32,443 nucleotides of DNA from a virus (Duplodnaviria; Heunggongvirae; Uroviricota; Caudoviricetes). The notes under the pieces are model-generated. The model was not told where the DNA came from. It saw nothing but the letters and a program-made list of their open reading frames with translations, and did no database searches. Shown here piece after piece: positions 16,534 to 23,722 of this stretch. The stretch lies in the IMG/VR virus record IMGVR_UViG_2541047794_000003; one strand, 5' to 3'. Both the position numbers and the translations under genes were made by a program. Positions within the stretch are counted from its first letter, which is position 1. The number at the start of each line of letters is the position of its first letter.

Positions 16534-16609
16534 GGCCCTTTAGCTCAGTGGTGAGAGCGAGCGACTCATAATCGCCAGGTCGCTGGTTCAAATCCAGCAA
16601 GGGCCACCA
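16534..16609 (+). tRNA. ileZ: tRNA-Ile (anticodon CAT, lysidine type; ileZ-like)
   Basis: 76-nt cloverleaf GGCCCTT...AAGGGCC-A-CCA; anticodon loop CTCATAA; near-identical architecture to E. coli tRNA-Ile2. Confidence 0.8.
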
Positions 16610-16616
16610 TCACATA

Positions 16617-16693
16617 CCGCCATTAGCTCATCAGGAAAGAGCGCCAGCCTTCGAAGCTGGTTGCGCGGAGTTCGGGTCCCCGAAGGCGGTCCA
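16617..16693 (+). tRNA. tRNA-Arg (anticodon TCG as read), atypical
   Basis: Cloverleaf with anticodon stem CCAGC/GCTGG and loop CTTCGAA; one mismatch in acceptor stem (A6:A67) and one in T-stem, T-loop TTCGGGT; ends CCA. Confidence 0.55.
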
Positions 16694-16706
16694 TTATCTG
16701 TATCCT

Positions 16707-16783
16707 GCGTTGTTAGCTCAGCCGGACAGAGCAATTGCCTTCTAAGCAATCGGTCACTGGTTCGAATCCAGTACAACGCGCCA
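16707..16783 (+). tRNA. argO: tRNA-Arg (anticodon TCT, reads AGA)
   Basis: Perfect acceptor stem GCGTTGT/ACAACGC, anticodon loop CTTCTAA, T-loop TTCGAAT, discriminator G, CCA. Confidence 0.8.
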
Positions 16784-16829
16784 CACTTATTTTCCCTGGC
16801 TCGCTTTTGTGGGCCTTTTTTTTAAATGT

Positions 16830-17045
16830 CTCACAATTTAGGCGGTTGACTGTTGTCTGGTTTGCGGGGAGTTTGTTAAAAGAAACTGGCATGGTGAATC
16901 CCCCTGTGCGGAGGGGCAATCAGCGAGTAGGTATATGGGATAATCGCGGATTCAGGTGCTGGTACTGAATTCACCGGGAGGCACCCGGCACCATGCAATG
17001 GCACATAGCGCCACTCTCCAGCCCCTCTCCGGAGGGGCTTTTCTG
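16830..17045 (+). repeat. Module A of tandem structured non-coding element (conserved arms GCATGGTG.../...CACCATGC, internal hairpins, terminator)
   Basis: CTCACAATT + TTGACT motif, conserved arm gcatggtgaatccccctgtgcggaggggc (16889-), arm ctgaattcaccgggaggcacccggcaccatgc (-16996), terminator CCCCTC tccg GAGGGG + T-run (17022-17045). Confidence 0.5.
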
Positions 17046-17297
17046 TGCCGGATACATCACAGTTTCTGGAACCTTAGGTACTACAGTATCAGTCAGGGTG
17101 CTATATTTTCAGATGTGATGAAAGCCTGTCAGCAGGCAGGGCGTATCGGAAATGACCCAGTAGAGAAAACGTTGACTCAGATACCGGTGCTGAGTTACCG
17201 GGAAACCGGCATCACATGACCGCTATCCTTCCAGGCCCATCCGCTCCGGTGGGCCTTTTTACTGCAGAAAACAGGTTCCCCGTTAAATGCTATGTTG

Positions 17298-17532
17298 CTC
17301 ACAATTCAGTAAGTTGACAGTTGCCTGTCAGACTGGGCATTTGTTAAAAAAATTTCGCATGGTGAATCCCCCTGAGCGGAGGGGCGACTGGTGACGGTAT
17401 AATCTCTGATTATCAAAACGAGAATGACGCGGGTTTAGTGGCACCGGGCTGAACTCACCGGGAGGCACCCGGCACCATGTGCATGATGATACAGATACGC
17501 GGCTTTAGCCCCTCTCCGGAGGGGTTTTCTTG
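17298..17532 (+). repeat. Module B, second copy of the same structured element with divergent core
   Basis: Same conserved arms (17357-17479) and same terminator (17507-17532); central ~60 nt unrelated to module A; preceded by terminator GGCCCA...TGGGCC+TTTTT (17234-17261). Confidence 0.5.
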
Positions 17533-17759
17533 TGGGCAAAAAAAGCCCGCGCTGGGAGACGCGGGCGGCAAGGAATAAACAATAAAACGTGAAGTAATAT
17601 TTCAGCTGGCGAATAATACCCCATAGTAATCACTCTGCGCAACTGCGCGGTCTTTTTCGAATTGCGGGCTGTCGTCTCTCTTCTGCCATTGTCCTGTAAC
17701 TTCCGGACTTCAGCCCGCTCCTTATTTTACTCACAATATTATCCCGGCCGGGAGGATTC

Positions 17760-19613
17760 ATGGCATTTAAACACTATGACGTGGTCAGGGCGGTATCGCC
17801 GTCAGACCTTGCGAAACGACTGACACAAAAACTGAAGGAGGGCTGGCAGCCGTTTGGTAGTCCGGTGGCCATAACCCCTTATACCCTGATGCAGGCGATT
17901 GCAGCAGAAGGTGATGTGGTGGTCAGTGGTGCAACTGAGCCGGATTGGTACTACGTCATCGTACTGGCCGGGCAGTCCAATGCCATGGCTTACGGTGAAG
18001 GGCTTCCGCTGCCGGATTCATACGATGCGCCCCATCCGCGCATTAAGCAACTGGCCCGTCGTAACACAGTGACTCCCGGTGGTGAAGTATGCGTATTTAA
18101 CGACATCATTCCTGCTGACCATTGTCTGCATGATGTTCAAGATATGAGTACGATTAACCATCCCCGGGCTGACCTGAGCAAAGGGCAGTACGGCTGTGTC
18201 GGACAGGGCTTACATATTGCCAAAAAACTGCTTCCGTATATCCCTAATAACGCGGGGATCCTGCTGGTACCATGCTGTCGTGGTGGTTCGGCATTCACCC
18301 AGGGCACGGAGGGGACATTCAGCGAGTCCACGGGGGCCAGTCAGGATTCGGCTCGCTGGGGAGTGGGTAAGCCGTTATATCAGGATCTGCTTTTCCGCAC
18401 GAAGGCAGCATTGCAGAAAAACCCGAAAAACGTTTTGCTGGCGATATGCTGGATGCAGGGGGAATTCGATATGACGAATGCCAGTTACGCCCAGCAGCCA
18501 GCAGCATTTCTTGCAATGGTACAGCAGTTCCGTGCTGACCTTGCCGGGCTGGCGGCGCAGTGTCACGGTGGAAGTCCGGCATCAGTCCCCTGGATTTGTG
18601 GCGACACGACATACGCGTGGAAACAAGAACACGGTACGCAATATGAAGTGGTATATGGTGCATATAAAGGTAAAGAATCCCAGCAGATTTATTTTGTTCC
18701 CTTTATGACCGATGGTAGCGGAGTTAATACACCGACAAACAACCCGTCAGAAGATCCTGATATTGCCGGGTCTGGTTATTACGGTTCGGCATCCCGAACG
18801 AACAAAAACTGGGTATCATCAAATCGCCCGACGCATTTCAGCTCATGGGCGCGTCGTGGCATTATTCCCGATCGTATGGCAACTGCTATTCTGAACGTAG
18901 CCGGTCGCACCTTAGCCTTCATTAGTGGTAAGGCACCGGAAATCAAACCCTCGCCCGGCGGCGACACGCCATCGGGGCCGTCTGAAGATGCATCCGTACG
19001 CACAATCTCCCTGTTGCCGACAGCCGGAGATGCTGCTGCGCAGGGCTGGAGCATTAAGAATGGCGGAATTCAGTTGTCAGAGGGTGTATTTAAGATCACC
19101 AAGCAGAGCAATAAAACCTGGTACCTGATGCATCCGGTGGATGACGCAATTACCCTGCTGACACAGGGCGGCAGACTGACCTGTAAGTTCCGCCTCTCAG
19201 GCGCACTGACCAACAATCAGTTCGGGCTGGGGATTTATCTGTATACGGACGCTCCCGTTCCTGATGATGTGGCGATGACGGGTACTGGTAATCCGTTCCT
19301 GATGTCTTACTTCACTCAGACCACTGACGGCAGAGTGAATCTGATGCATCACAGGAAAGCCGGAAACACGAAGCTGGGGGAGTTTGGCGATTACGGTAAC
19401 GACTGGCAGACGCTGGAGCTGGTGTTCACCGCCGGCAGTGCCACGGTTACTCCGAAACTGAATGGAGTGGCTGGCCCGGCATTCCAGGTCATAAAAGACA
19501 GTCTGACACTGGGGCTGAATGCGCTGACGCTGACGGATGTTACAAAAAATGCAGCGTATGGCGTTGAGATAGAAAGTCTGGTGCTGGAGATAAATGCACC
19601 GGCATCATCATAA
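17760..19613 (+). CDS. Prophage sialate O-acetylesterase (NanS-p type): N-terminal DUF1737 plus SGNH/SASA esterase domain
   Basis: 617 aa; GGGAGG SD; GQSNAMAYGEG esterase motif; sits downstream of the tRNA cluster as in Stx-phage late regions. Confidence 0.75.
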   Translation: MAFKHYDVVRAVSPSDLAKRLTQKLKEGWQPFGSPVAITPYTLMQAIAAEGDVVVSGATEPDWYYVIVLAGQSNAMAYGEGLPLPDSYDAPHPRIKQLARRNTVTPGGEVCVFNDIIPADHCLHDVQDMSTINHPRADLSKGQYGCVGQGLHIAKKLLPYIPNNAGILLVPCCRGGSAFTQGTEGTFSESTGASQDSARWGVGKPLYQDLLFRTKAALQKNPKNVLLAICWMQGEFDMTNASYAQQPAAFLAMVQQFRADLAGLAAQCHGGSPASVPWICGDTTYAWKQEHGTQYEVVYGAYKGKESQQIYFVPFMTDGSGVNTPTNNPSEDPDIAGSGYYGSASRTNKNWVSSNRPTHFSSWARRGIIPDRMATAILNVAGRTLAFISGKAPEIKPSPGGDTPSGPSEDASVRTISLLPTAGDAAAQGWSIKNGGIQLSEGVFKITKQSNKTWYLMHPVDDAITLLTQGGRLTCKFRLSGALTNNQFGLGIYLYTDAPVPDDVAMTGTGNPFLMSYFTQTTDGRVNLMHHRKAGNTKLGEFGDYGNDWQTLELVFTAGSATVTPKLNGVAGPAFQVIKDSLTLGLNALTLTDVTKNAAYGVEIESLVLEINAPASS

Positions 19614-19698
19614 AAAGTGAGCCAGCCAAATGGAAGGTATCGTTAAACTCACCGGTAGTGTCAGTGGGTCGTCTGAGATGCCTGCATGAGTTATCAGA

Positions 19699-19729
19699 GC
19701 CATCAGTACTTAACTGGTGGCTTTTTTTA
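19699..19729 (+). terminator. Hairpin plus T-run between esterase gene and holin
   Basis: GCCATCAG tacttaa CTGGTGGC (one G-U) followed by TTTTTTT. Confidence 0.35.
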
Positions 19730-19763
19730 TTGTTGTCAGCTTCCGGATAACGGGAGACGGGGT

Positions 19764-19979
19764 ATGTACCAGATGGAAAAAATCACAACAGGTGTGTCAT
19801 ACACCACGTCAGCGGTGGGAACGGGCTACTGGTTCCTGCAGTTGCTGGACAGGGTTTCCCCGTCTCAGTGGGCGGCAATAGGCGTGCTGGGGAGTCTGCT
19901 GTTTGGGCTGCTGACATATCTGACTAACCTGTATTTCAAAATCAGAGAGGACCGTCGTAAGGCTGCACGGGGAGAGTAA
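19764..19979 (+). CDS. S: Holin (phage 21 S-type, class II) with dual-start motif
   Basis: 71 aa [26 protein letters not shown]... two TM segments, basic C-terminus; GGAGA SD; track ORF start 19686 is an upstream extension. Confidence 0.8.
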   Translation: MYQMEKITTGVSYTTSAVGTGYWFLQLLDRVSPSQWAAIGVLGSLLFGLLTYLTNLYFKIREDRRKAARGE

Positions 19980-19983
19980 TTCA

Positions 19984-20328
19984 ATGACTCAAAACTATGA
20001 ACTGATTGTGAAAGGGATCCGCAATTTTGAGAATAAAGTTACGGTAACTTTAGCGTTACGGGACAAAAAACGCTTTGACGGTGAAATTTTTGACCTGGAC
20101 ATCTCGCTGGACCGTGTTGAAGGTGCCGCGCTGGAGTTTTATGAGGCAGCAGCCAGAAGGAGCATCAGACAGGTCTTCCTGGATGTTGCTGCCGGGTTAT
20201 GTGAAGGGGATGAGCAGTCGCCGGAAAAGCGCCCCGTAATTTTAGAGGCGCAGGATGTGTTGATAACCTACAGAGGAAAACTACCGGGAATAATTACGGG
20301 TTCTCTGAAGAGTCCGCCGAAATGGTAA
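19984..20328 (+). CDS. Hypothetical protein within lysis cassette
   Basis: 114 aa, ATG 5 nt after holin stop, GGAGAG SD. Confidence 0.55.
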   Translation: MTQNYELIVKGIRNFENKVTVTLALRDKKRFDGEIFDLDISLDRVEGAALEFYEAAARRSIRQVFLDVAAGLCEGDEQSPEKRPVILEAQDVLITYRGKLPGIITGSLKSPPKW

Positions 20329-20566
20329 TTTTACCAGCATATTTTTCATCCAGTAATACAGCAAGCCGCCTGAAAGAGTCTTGTTGTTCCTGAGACCATT
20401 TGGGATTGCATGATTCAAACTGGATTGATGCCAGCGTTGATTGCATCTGTTCCCTTGGAATTGAGAATGCCAGATATGAGAAGGCGACGGTAAGGGTATT
20501 CACGTCTTCCCGAAGCCTGGAAATGCTGTCGAGCAACTCCTGTAGAGAAATGGTGTTATTGTCCAT
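20294..20566 (-). CDS. Hypothetical protein encoded antisense to the lysis cassette
   Basis: 90 aa; GAGGA SD 8 nt upstream of ATG (20564-20566); 3' end overlaps previous plus-strand gene. Confidence 0.45.
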   Translation of the reverse strand: MDNNTISLQELLDSISRLREDVNTLTVAFSYLAFSIPREQMQSTLASIQFESCNPKWSQEQQDSFRRLAVLLDEKYAGKITISADSSENP

Positions 20567-20671
20567 AAATAATCCTCATGATTGTATTGACCTGTTAGCA
20601 GCCTGAGGCAACAGGCTGGAACTGATAAACATATCCAGGGCTCAGAAACCGATAAATCCTGATAAATATCC

Positions 20672-21205
20672 ATGAACGCAAAAATCAGATACGGCCTGTC
20701 GGCTGCCGTTCTGGCGCTGATTGCCGCTGGTGCGCCTGCGCCTGACATTCTCGACCAGTTTCTGGATGAAAAGGAAGGTAACCACACCACGGCATACCGT
20801 GATGGCGCGGGTATCTGGACCATCTGCCGCGGTGCCATCCTGGTGGATGGCAAACCTGTCGTTCCGGGCATGAAGTTGTCGAAGGAAAAATGCGACCGGG
20901 TTAACGCCATTGAGCGTGATAAGGCGCTGGCATGGGTGGAGAAAAACATCAGAGTGCCATTGAGTGAACCCCAGAAAGCGGGGATCGCGTCATTCTGTCC
21001 GTACAACATTGGTCCCGGTAAGTGTTTCCCGTCGACGTTTTATAAACGAATTAATGCAGGTGATCGCAGGGGAGCGTGTGAGGCGATTCGCTGGTGGATT
21101 AAGGACGGTGGCAGAGACTGCCGTATCCGCTCAAATAACTGTTATGGTCAGGTATCCCGTCGTGACCAGGAGAGCGCGCTGGCGTGCTGGGGAATCGACA
21201 GATAA
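20672..21205 (+). CDS. R: SAR endolysin (GH24 lysozyme with N-terminal signal-anchor-release segment)
   Basis: 177 aa; hydrophobic N-terminus LSAAVLALIAAGAPA followed by lysozyme-like region. Confidence 0.8.
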   Translation: MNAKIRYGLSAAVLALIAAGAPAPDILDQFLDEKEGNHTTAYRDGAGIWTICRGAILVDGKPVVPGMKLSKEKCDRVNAIERDKALAWVEKNIRVPLSEPQKAGIASFCPYNIGPGKCFPSTFYKRINAGDRRGACEAIRWWIKDGGRDCRIRSNNCYGQVSRRDQESALACWGIDR

Positions 21206-21295
21206 GCAGAATATTTTGCTGAAAAATAAGGCATGGCCACGCGGGCGGATAACATGAAATCCTGCGAACTGGCGAAACGTAAGTGAATAAAAGTA

Positions 21296-21328
21296 AAAAC
21301 CCCGTTTGTTGGCACCAAGCGGGGTTTT
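21296..21328. terminator. Hairpin flanked by A-run and U-run between R and Rz (possible bidirectional terminator)
   Basis: AAACCCCG ... CGGGGTTT 8-bp stem, followed by TTTTGTGTTT. Confidence 0.4.
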
Positions 21329-21403
21329 GTGTTTCCTGACTCCGGAAAAGTCAAAGGAGAAAGTGTGTTTGATTTTAGCAAACTGATTCGGGAGATTCGA
21401 GTG

Positions 21404-21502
21404 ATGGCTGAAAAATTATCCACCTGGAAGTTCATTCTTATCTGGCTGGTGTTTGTGATTATGGCCTCCGGTTATTTCATCGGTCAGATACGCTGGTGGT
21501 GA
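21404..21502 (+). CDS. Candidate 32-aa single-TM peptide, stop adjacent to Rz start
   Basis: [32 protein letters not shown]; GGGAGA SD 9 nt upstream; TGA stop 1 nt before Rz ATG; not in the six-frame track (too short). Confidence 0.3.
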   Translation: MAEKLSTWKFILIWLVFVIMASGYFIGQIRWW

Positions 21503-21503
21503 A

Positions 21504-21971
21504 ATGAACCGCGTACTGTGCGTGGTCATCATTGCCCTGCTGGTGGCCTGTGGTGCGCTTAGTCTGGGGCTGAATCATTACCGTGATAACGCCATTACCT
21601 ACAAAGCCCAGCGCGACAAAAATGTCAGAGAACTGAAGCTGGCGAACGCGGCAATTACTGACATGCAGATGCGTCAGCGTGATGTTGCTGCGCTCGATGC
21701 AAAATACACGAAGGAGTTAGCTGATGCGAAAGCTGAAAATGAAACTCTTCGCGCTGACGTTGCCGCTGGTCGTAAGCGCCTGCGTATCAACGCCACCTGT
21801 CCAGGTCCCGTGCGTGAAGCCACCGGCACCGCCCGCGTGGATAATGCAACCGGCCCCCAACTGGCAGACACCGTTACACGGGATTATTTCACCCTCAGAG
21901 AGCGGCTGATGACGATGCAGAAGCAACTGGAAGGGGCGCAGGAATATATCCGTACTCAGTGCCTGAAATAA
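21504..21971 (+). CDS. Rz: Rz i-spanin
   Basis: 155 aa, N-terminal TM, coiled coil; strong resemblance to lambda Rz ([17 protein letters not shown]...). Confidence 0.9.
   Translation: MNRVLCVVIIALLVACGALSLGLNHYRDNAITYKAQRDKNVRELKLANAAITDMQMRQRDVAALDAKYTKELADAKAENETLRADVAAGRKRLRINATCPGPVREATGTARVDNATGPQLADTVTRDYFTLRERLMTMQKQLEGAQEYIRTQCLK
21724..21909 (+). CDS. Rz1: Rz1 o-spanin lipoprotein embedded in +1 frame of Rz
   Basis: 61 aa with lipobox LVVSAC and proline-rich segment, fully nested in Rz. Confidence 0.8.
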   Translation: MRKLKMKLFALTLPLVVSACVSTPPVQVPCVKPPAPPAWIMQPAPNWQTPLHGIISPSESG

Positions 21972-22321
21972 GTTTTGTTGATGCGCCGTATCGTCGCTGT
22001 ATTCCCTCATTAACAGAGACCGCAGCCCGACAGGGAGACTCCTCTGCGCGAGTGTGCGGGGATAATCAAAAACGATACACACCGGGGTTTACCGCGTTAA
22101 CGGAGCGCGGCGTTGTCCCCTCATAGTCGCCTGTCCGGTGCGATGGTGGAAGAAACCGGATGTTTATCACTATTAATTGATGACACAGAAATGGATTCAT
22201 TGAATTTCAGCACGTTTTTGTATTCGTGTTATTGAACATCTGTTTATTTTACTTTTAACATATTGATAATAAAAAGAGCTGTAAATCTTTAGATGAGTCG
22301 ATTTTGTCCGGGGAAGTTCAA

Positions 22322-22462
22322 ATGGATTTTATGCTGACGGTTTCTGGTGTGGTTATCCTGTCCATTGCTTATACTGCAGATAAATATGGCTGCCATTTGT
22401 TATCACGTATTGGCGCTTATTGTTCGTTGATGCTGATTTTCTCGTCGCTTTTTTTTGAGTAA
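22322..22462 (+). CDS. Candidate 46-aa hydrophobic peptide in AT-rich region
   Basis: GGGGAAG SD, ATG 22322; one TM-like segment; followed by T-run. Confidence 0.3.
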   Translation: MDFMLTVSGVVILSIAYTADKYGCHLLSRIGAYCSLMLIFSSLFFE

Positions 22463-22594
22463 GTTATATTAATTATAACAAATAATTTTCTGTGTTATTT
22501 TTTCAGGCTATCCCGTCAGAGGGGAAGCCTGTACTGCCGGGGAGCGAATGGAAAACTGATGTGTCCGGTAACTGCGTGTTCTGTGAACACCATG

Positions 22595-22780
22595 TTACTT
22601 AATTATGTAATTCATACCCGAACTCTCTGTTGACAGCCTTCTTCTGCAGGCTTCAATAACCCACGCTGAAAAGTTTCCTGAACCTTTCAGATCAAGAGCG
22701 ATGTTAATTTGTTCAATCATCTGGTTTGGAAATCGGATGTTGCGGGTTGTTGTTCTGCGGGTTCTGTTCTTTGATGACAT
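22595..22780 (-). CDS. Ribbon-helix-helix (Arc/MetJ/CopG-like) DNA-binding protein
   Basis: 61 aa; NIRFPNQMIEQINIALDLKGSGNFSAWVIEACRRRL fits RHH beta-alpha-alpha pattern; GGGGAAA SD. Confidence 0.5.
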   Translation of the reverse strand: MSSKNRTRRTTTRNIRFPNQMIEQINIALDLKGSGNFSAWVIEACRRRLSTESSGMNYIIK

Positions 22781-22987
22781 AATGTTTCCCCATATTCAGT
22801 GTTGCTGATTTGTATTATCTGAAGTTGCTTTTACGTTAATTTGATGCAGATCAATTAATACGATACCTGCGTCATAATTGATTATTTCTCGTGGTTTGAT
22901 GGCGTACACACATGTTGTGATAAACCTTATATAGATGATAATCATTATCATTTTCGTGGGTCCTTTCCGGCGATCCGACCGGTTACG

Positions 22988-22999
22988 GGGCGGCGACCT
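22988..22999 (+). other. cosN: 12-nt cohesive end site GGGCGGCGACCT (lambda-type cos)
   Basis: Exact match to the canonical lambda cohesive-end sequence, about 220 bp upstream of the Nu1-like terminase gene; flanking sequence resembles lambda right end ...TCCGAC.GGTTACG. Confidence 0.75.
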
Positions 23000-23215
23000 C
23001 GCGCGTTTTCACTATTTATGAGATTTTTTGAGGGGGTGGTTGTTGTTTAATTGTTTGGTATATCTAATTGATAAGTAAGGTGAAAATAAAATAAATACAA
23101 CAACCTTACGATGTGTTTTGATGTCGTCAATGCGAAAAATGTCAATGATATCAAATGGTTTTGCAAAAACACATGGTTGTTGTTTCGCTTTTTATCGATG
23201 ACTTATGGAGAGGAG

Positions 23216-23722
23216 ATGGCCTTTTTATTGAATAAAAGTGATATGGCCTCCTCCATCGGTATCTCTGTTCAGGCATTTGATAAATGGGGCGTTCCTCCTG
23301 TTGAACGTCGGGGGAGGGAAGTTTTATATGACGTTAAAACTGTACTGGAGATAGATCGCGAGCGGCGACAACACAATCAGAGAACACCTGATGACGGGGG
23401 AGAACTGGAGGAAAGGCTGCTTCGGGCCAGAGCTGAACTGACAGAAGAACAGGCTGTAGCTCAAAAACTTAAAAATCAGGTAACCGAAGGTAAGCTCATC
23501 GATTCAGACTTCTGCGTTTTCGCCCTCAGCAAACTGGCGATGGCATTGTCCAGTACGCTTGATTCCATTCCGTTATCCATGCAGCGACAGTTCCCGGATT
23601 TAACGCCACGTCATATTGACCATCTGAAAACCCTTATTGCAAAGGGCGCAAATCAGTGTGCGCGGGCAGGGGATAAATTACCGGATTTGCTGGATGAATA
23701 TATCAGAGCAACAACTGAATAA
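23216..23722 (+). CDS. nu1: Terminase small subunit (lambda Nu1 type)
   Basis: 168 aa from ATG 23216 with GGAGAGGAG SD; wHTH N-terminus; LPLSMQRQFPDL...HIDHLKT resembles Nu1; 3' end overlaps terminase large subunit start. Confidence 0.85.
   Translation: MAFLLNKSDMASSIGISVQAFDKWGVPPVERRGREVLYDVKTVLEIDRERRQHNQRTPDDGGELEERLLRARAELTEEQAVAQKLKNQVTEGKLIDSDFCVFALSKLAMALSSTLDSIPLSMQRQFPDLTPRHIDHLKTLIAKGANQCARAGDKLPDLLDEYIRATTE

Noticed and set aside
16956-17219. 87-aa plus-strand ORF spanning module A of the structured repeat
   Set aside because: Begins with GTG inside a conserved structural arm, runs through a terminator hairpin and has no SD; only its last 33 codons (ATG 17118, ending before a terminator) could be a tiny ORF, and that is not conserved in module B.
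16784-17759. Search for Shiga-toxin A/B subunit genes downstream of the tRNA cluster
   Set aside because: No ORF of suitable size (~315 aa followed by ~90 aa with signal peptides) exists here; the interval is occupied by non-coding repeats and terminators, so the prophage is called stx-negative.
18137-19128. Several 60-115-aa ORFs on both strands inside the NanS-p-like esterase gene
   Set aside because: All nested within a single long ORF with a strong SD and esterase motifs; no independent support.
20500-21009. 169-aa minus-strand ORF overlapping the endolysin gene
   Set aside because: Antisense to the SAR endolysin; lacks an RBS; the shorter minus-strand ORF 20294..20566 with an SD is the better candidate in this region.
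21717-22082. 121-aa minus-strand ORF overlapping the Rz 3' end
   Set aside because: Antisense to Rz/Rz1, which are strongly supported by similarity to lambda Rz and by the embedded lipoprotein frame; no RBS.
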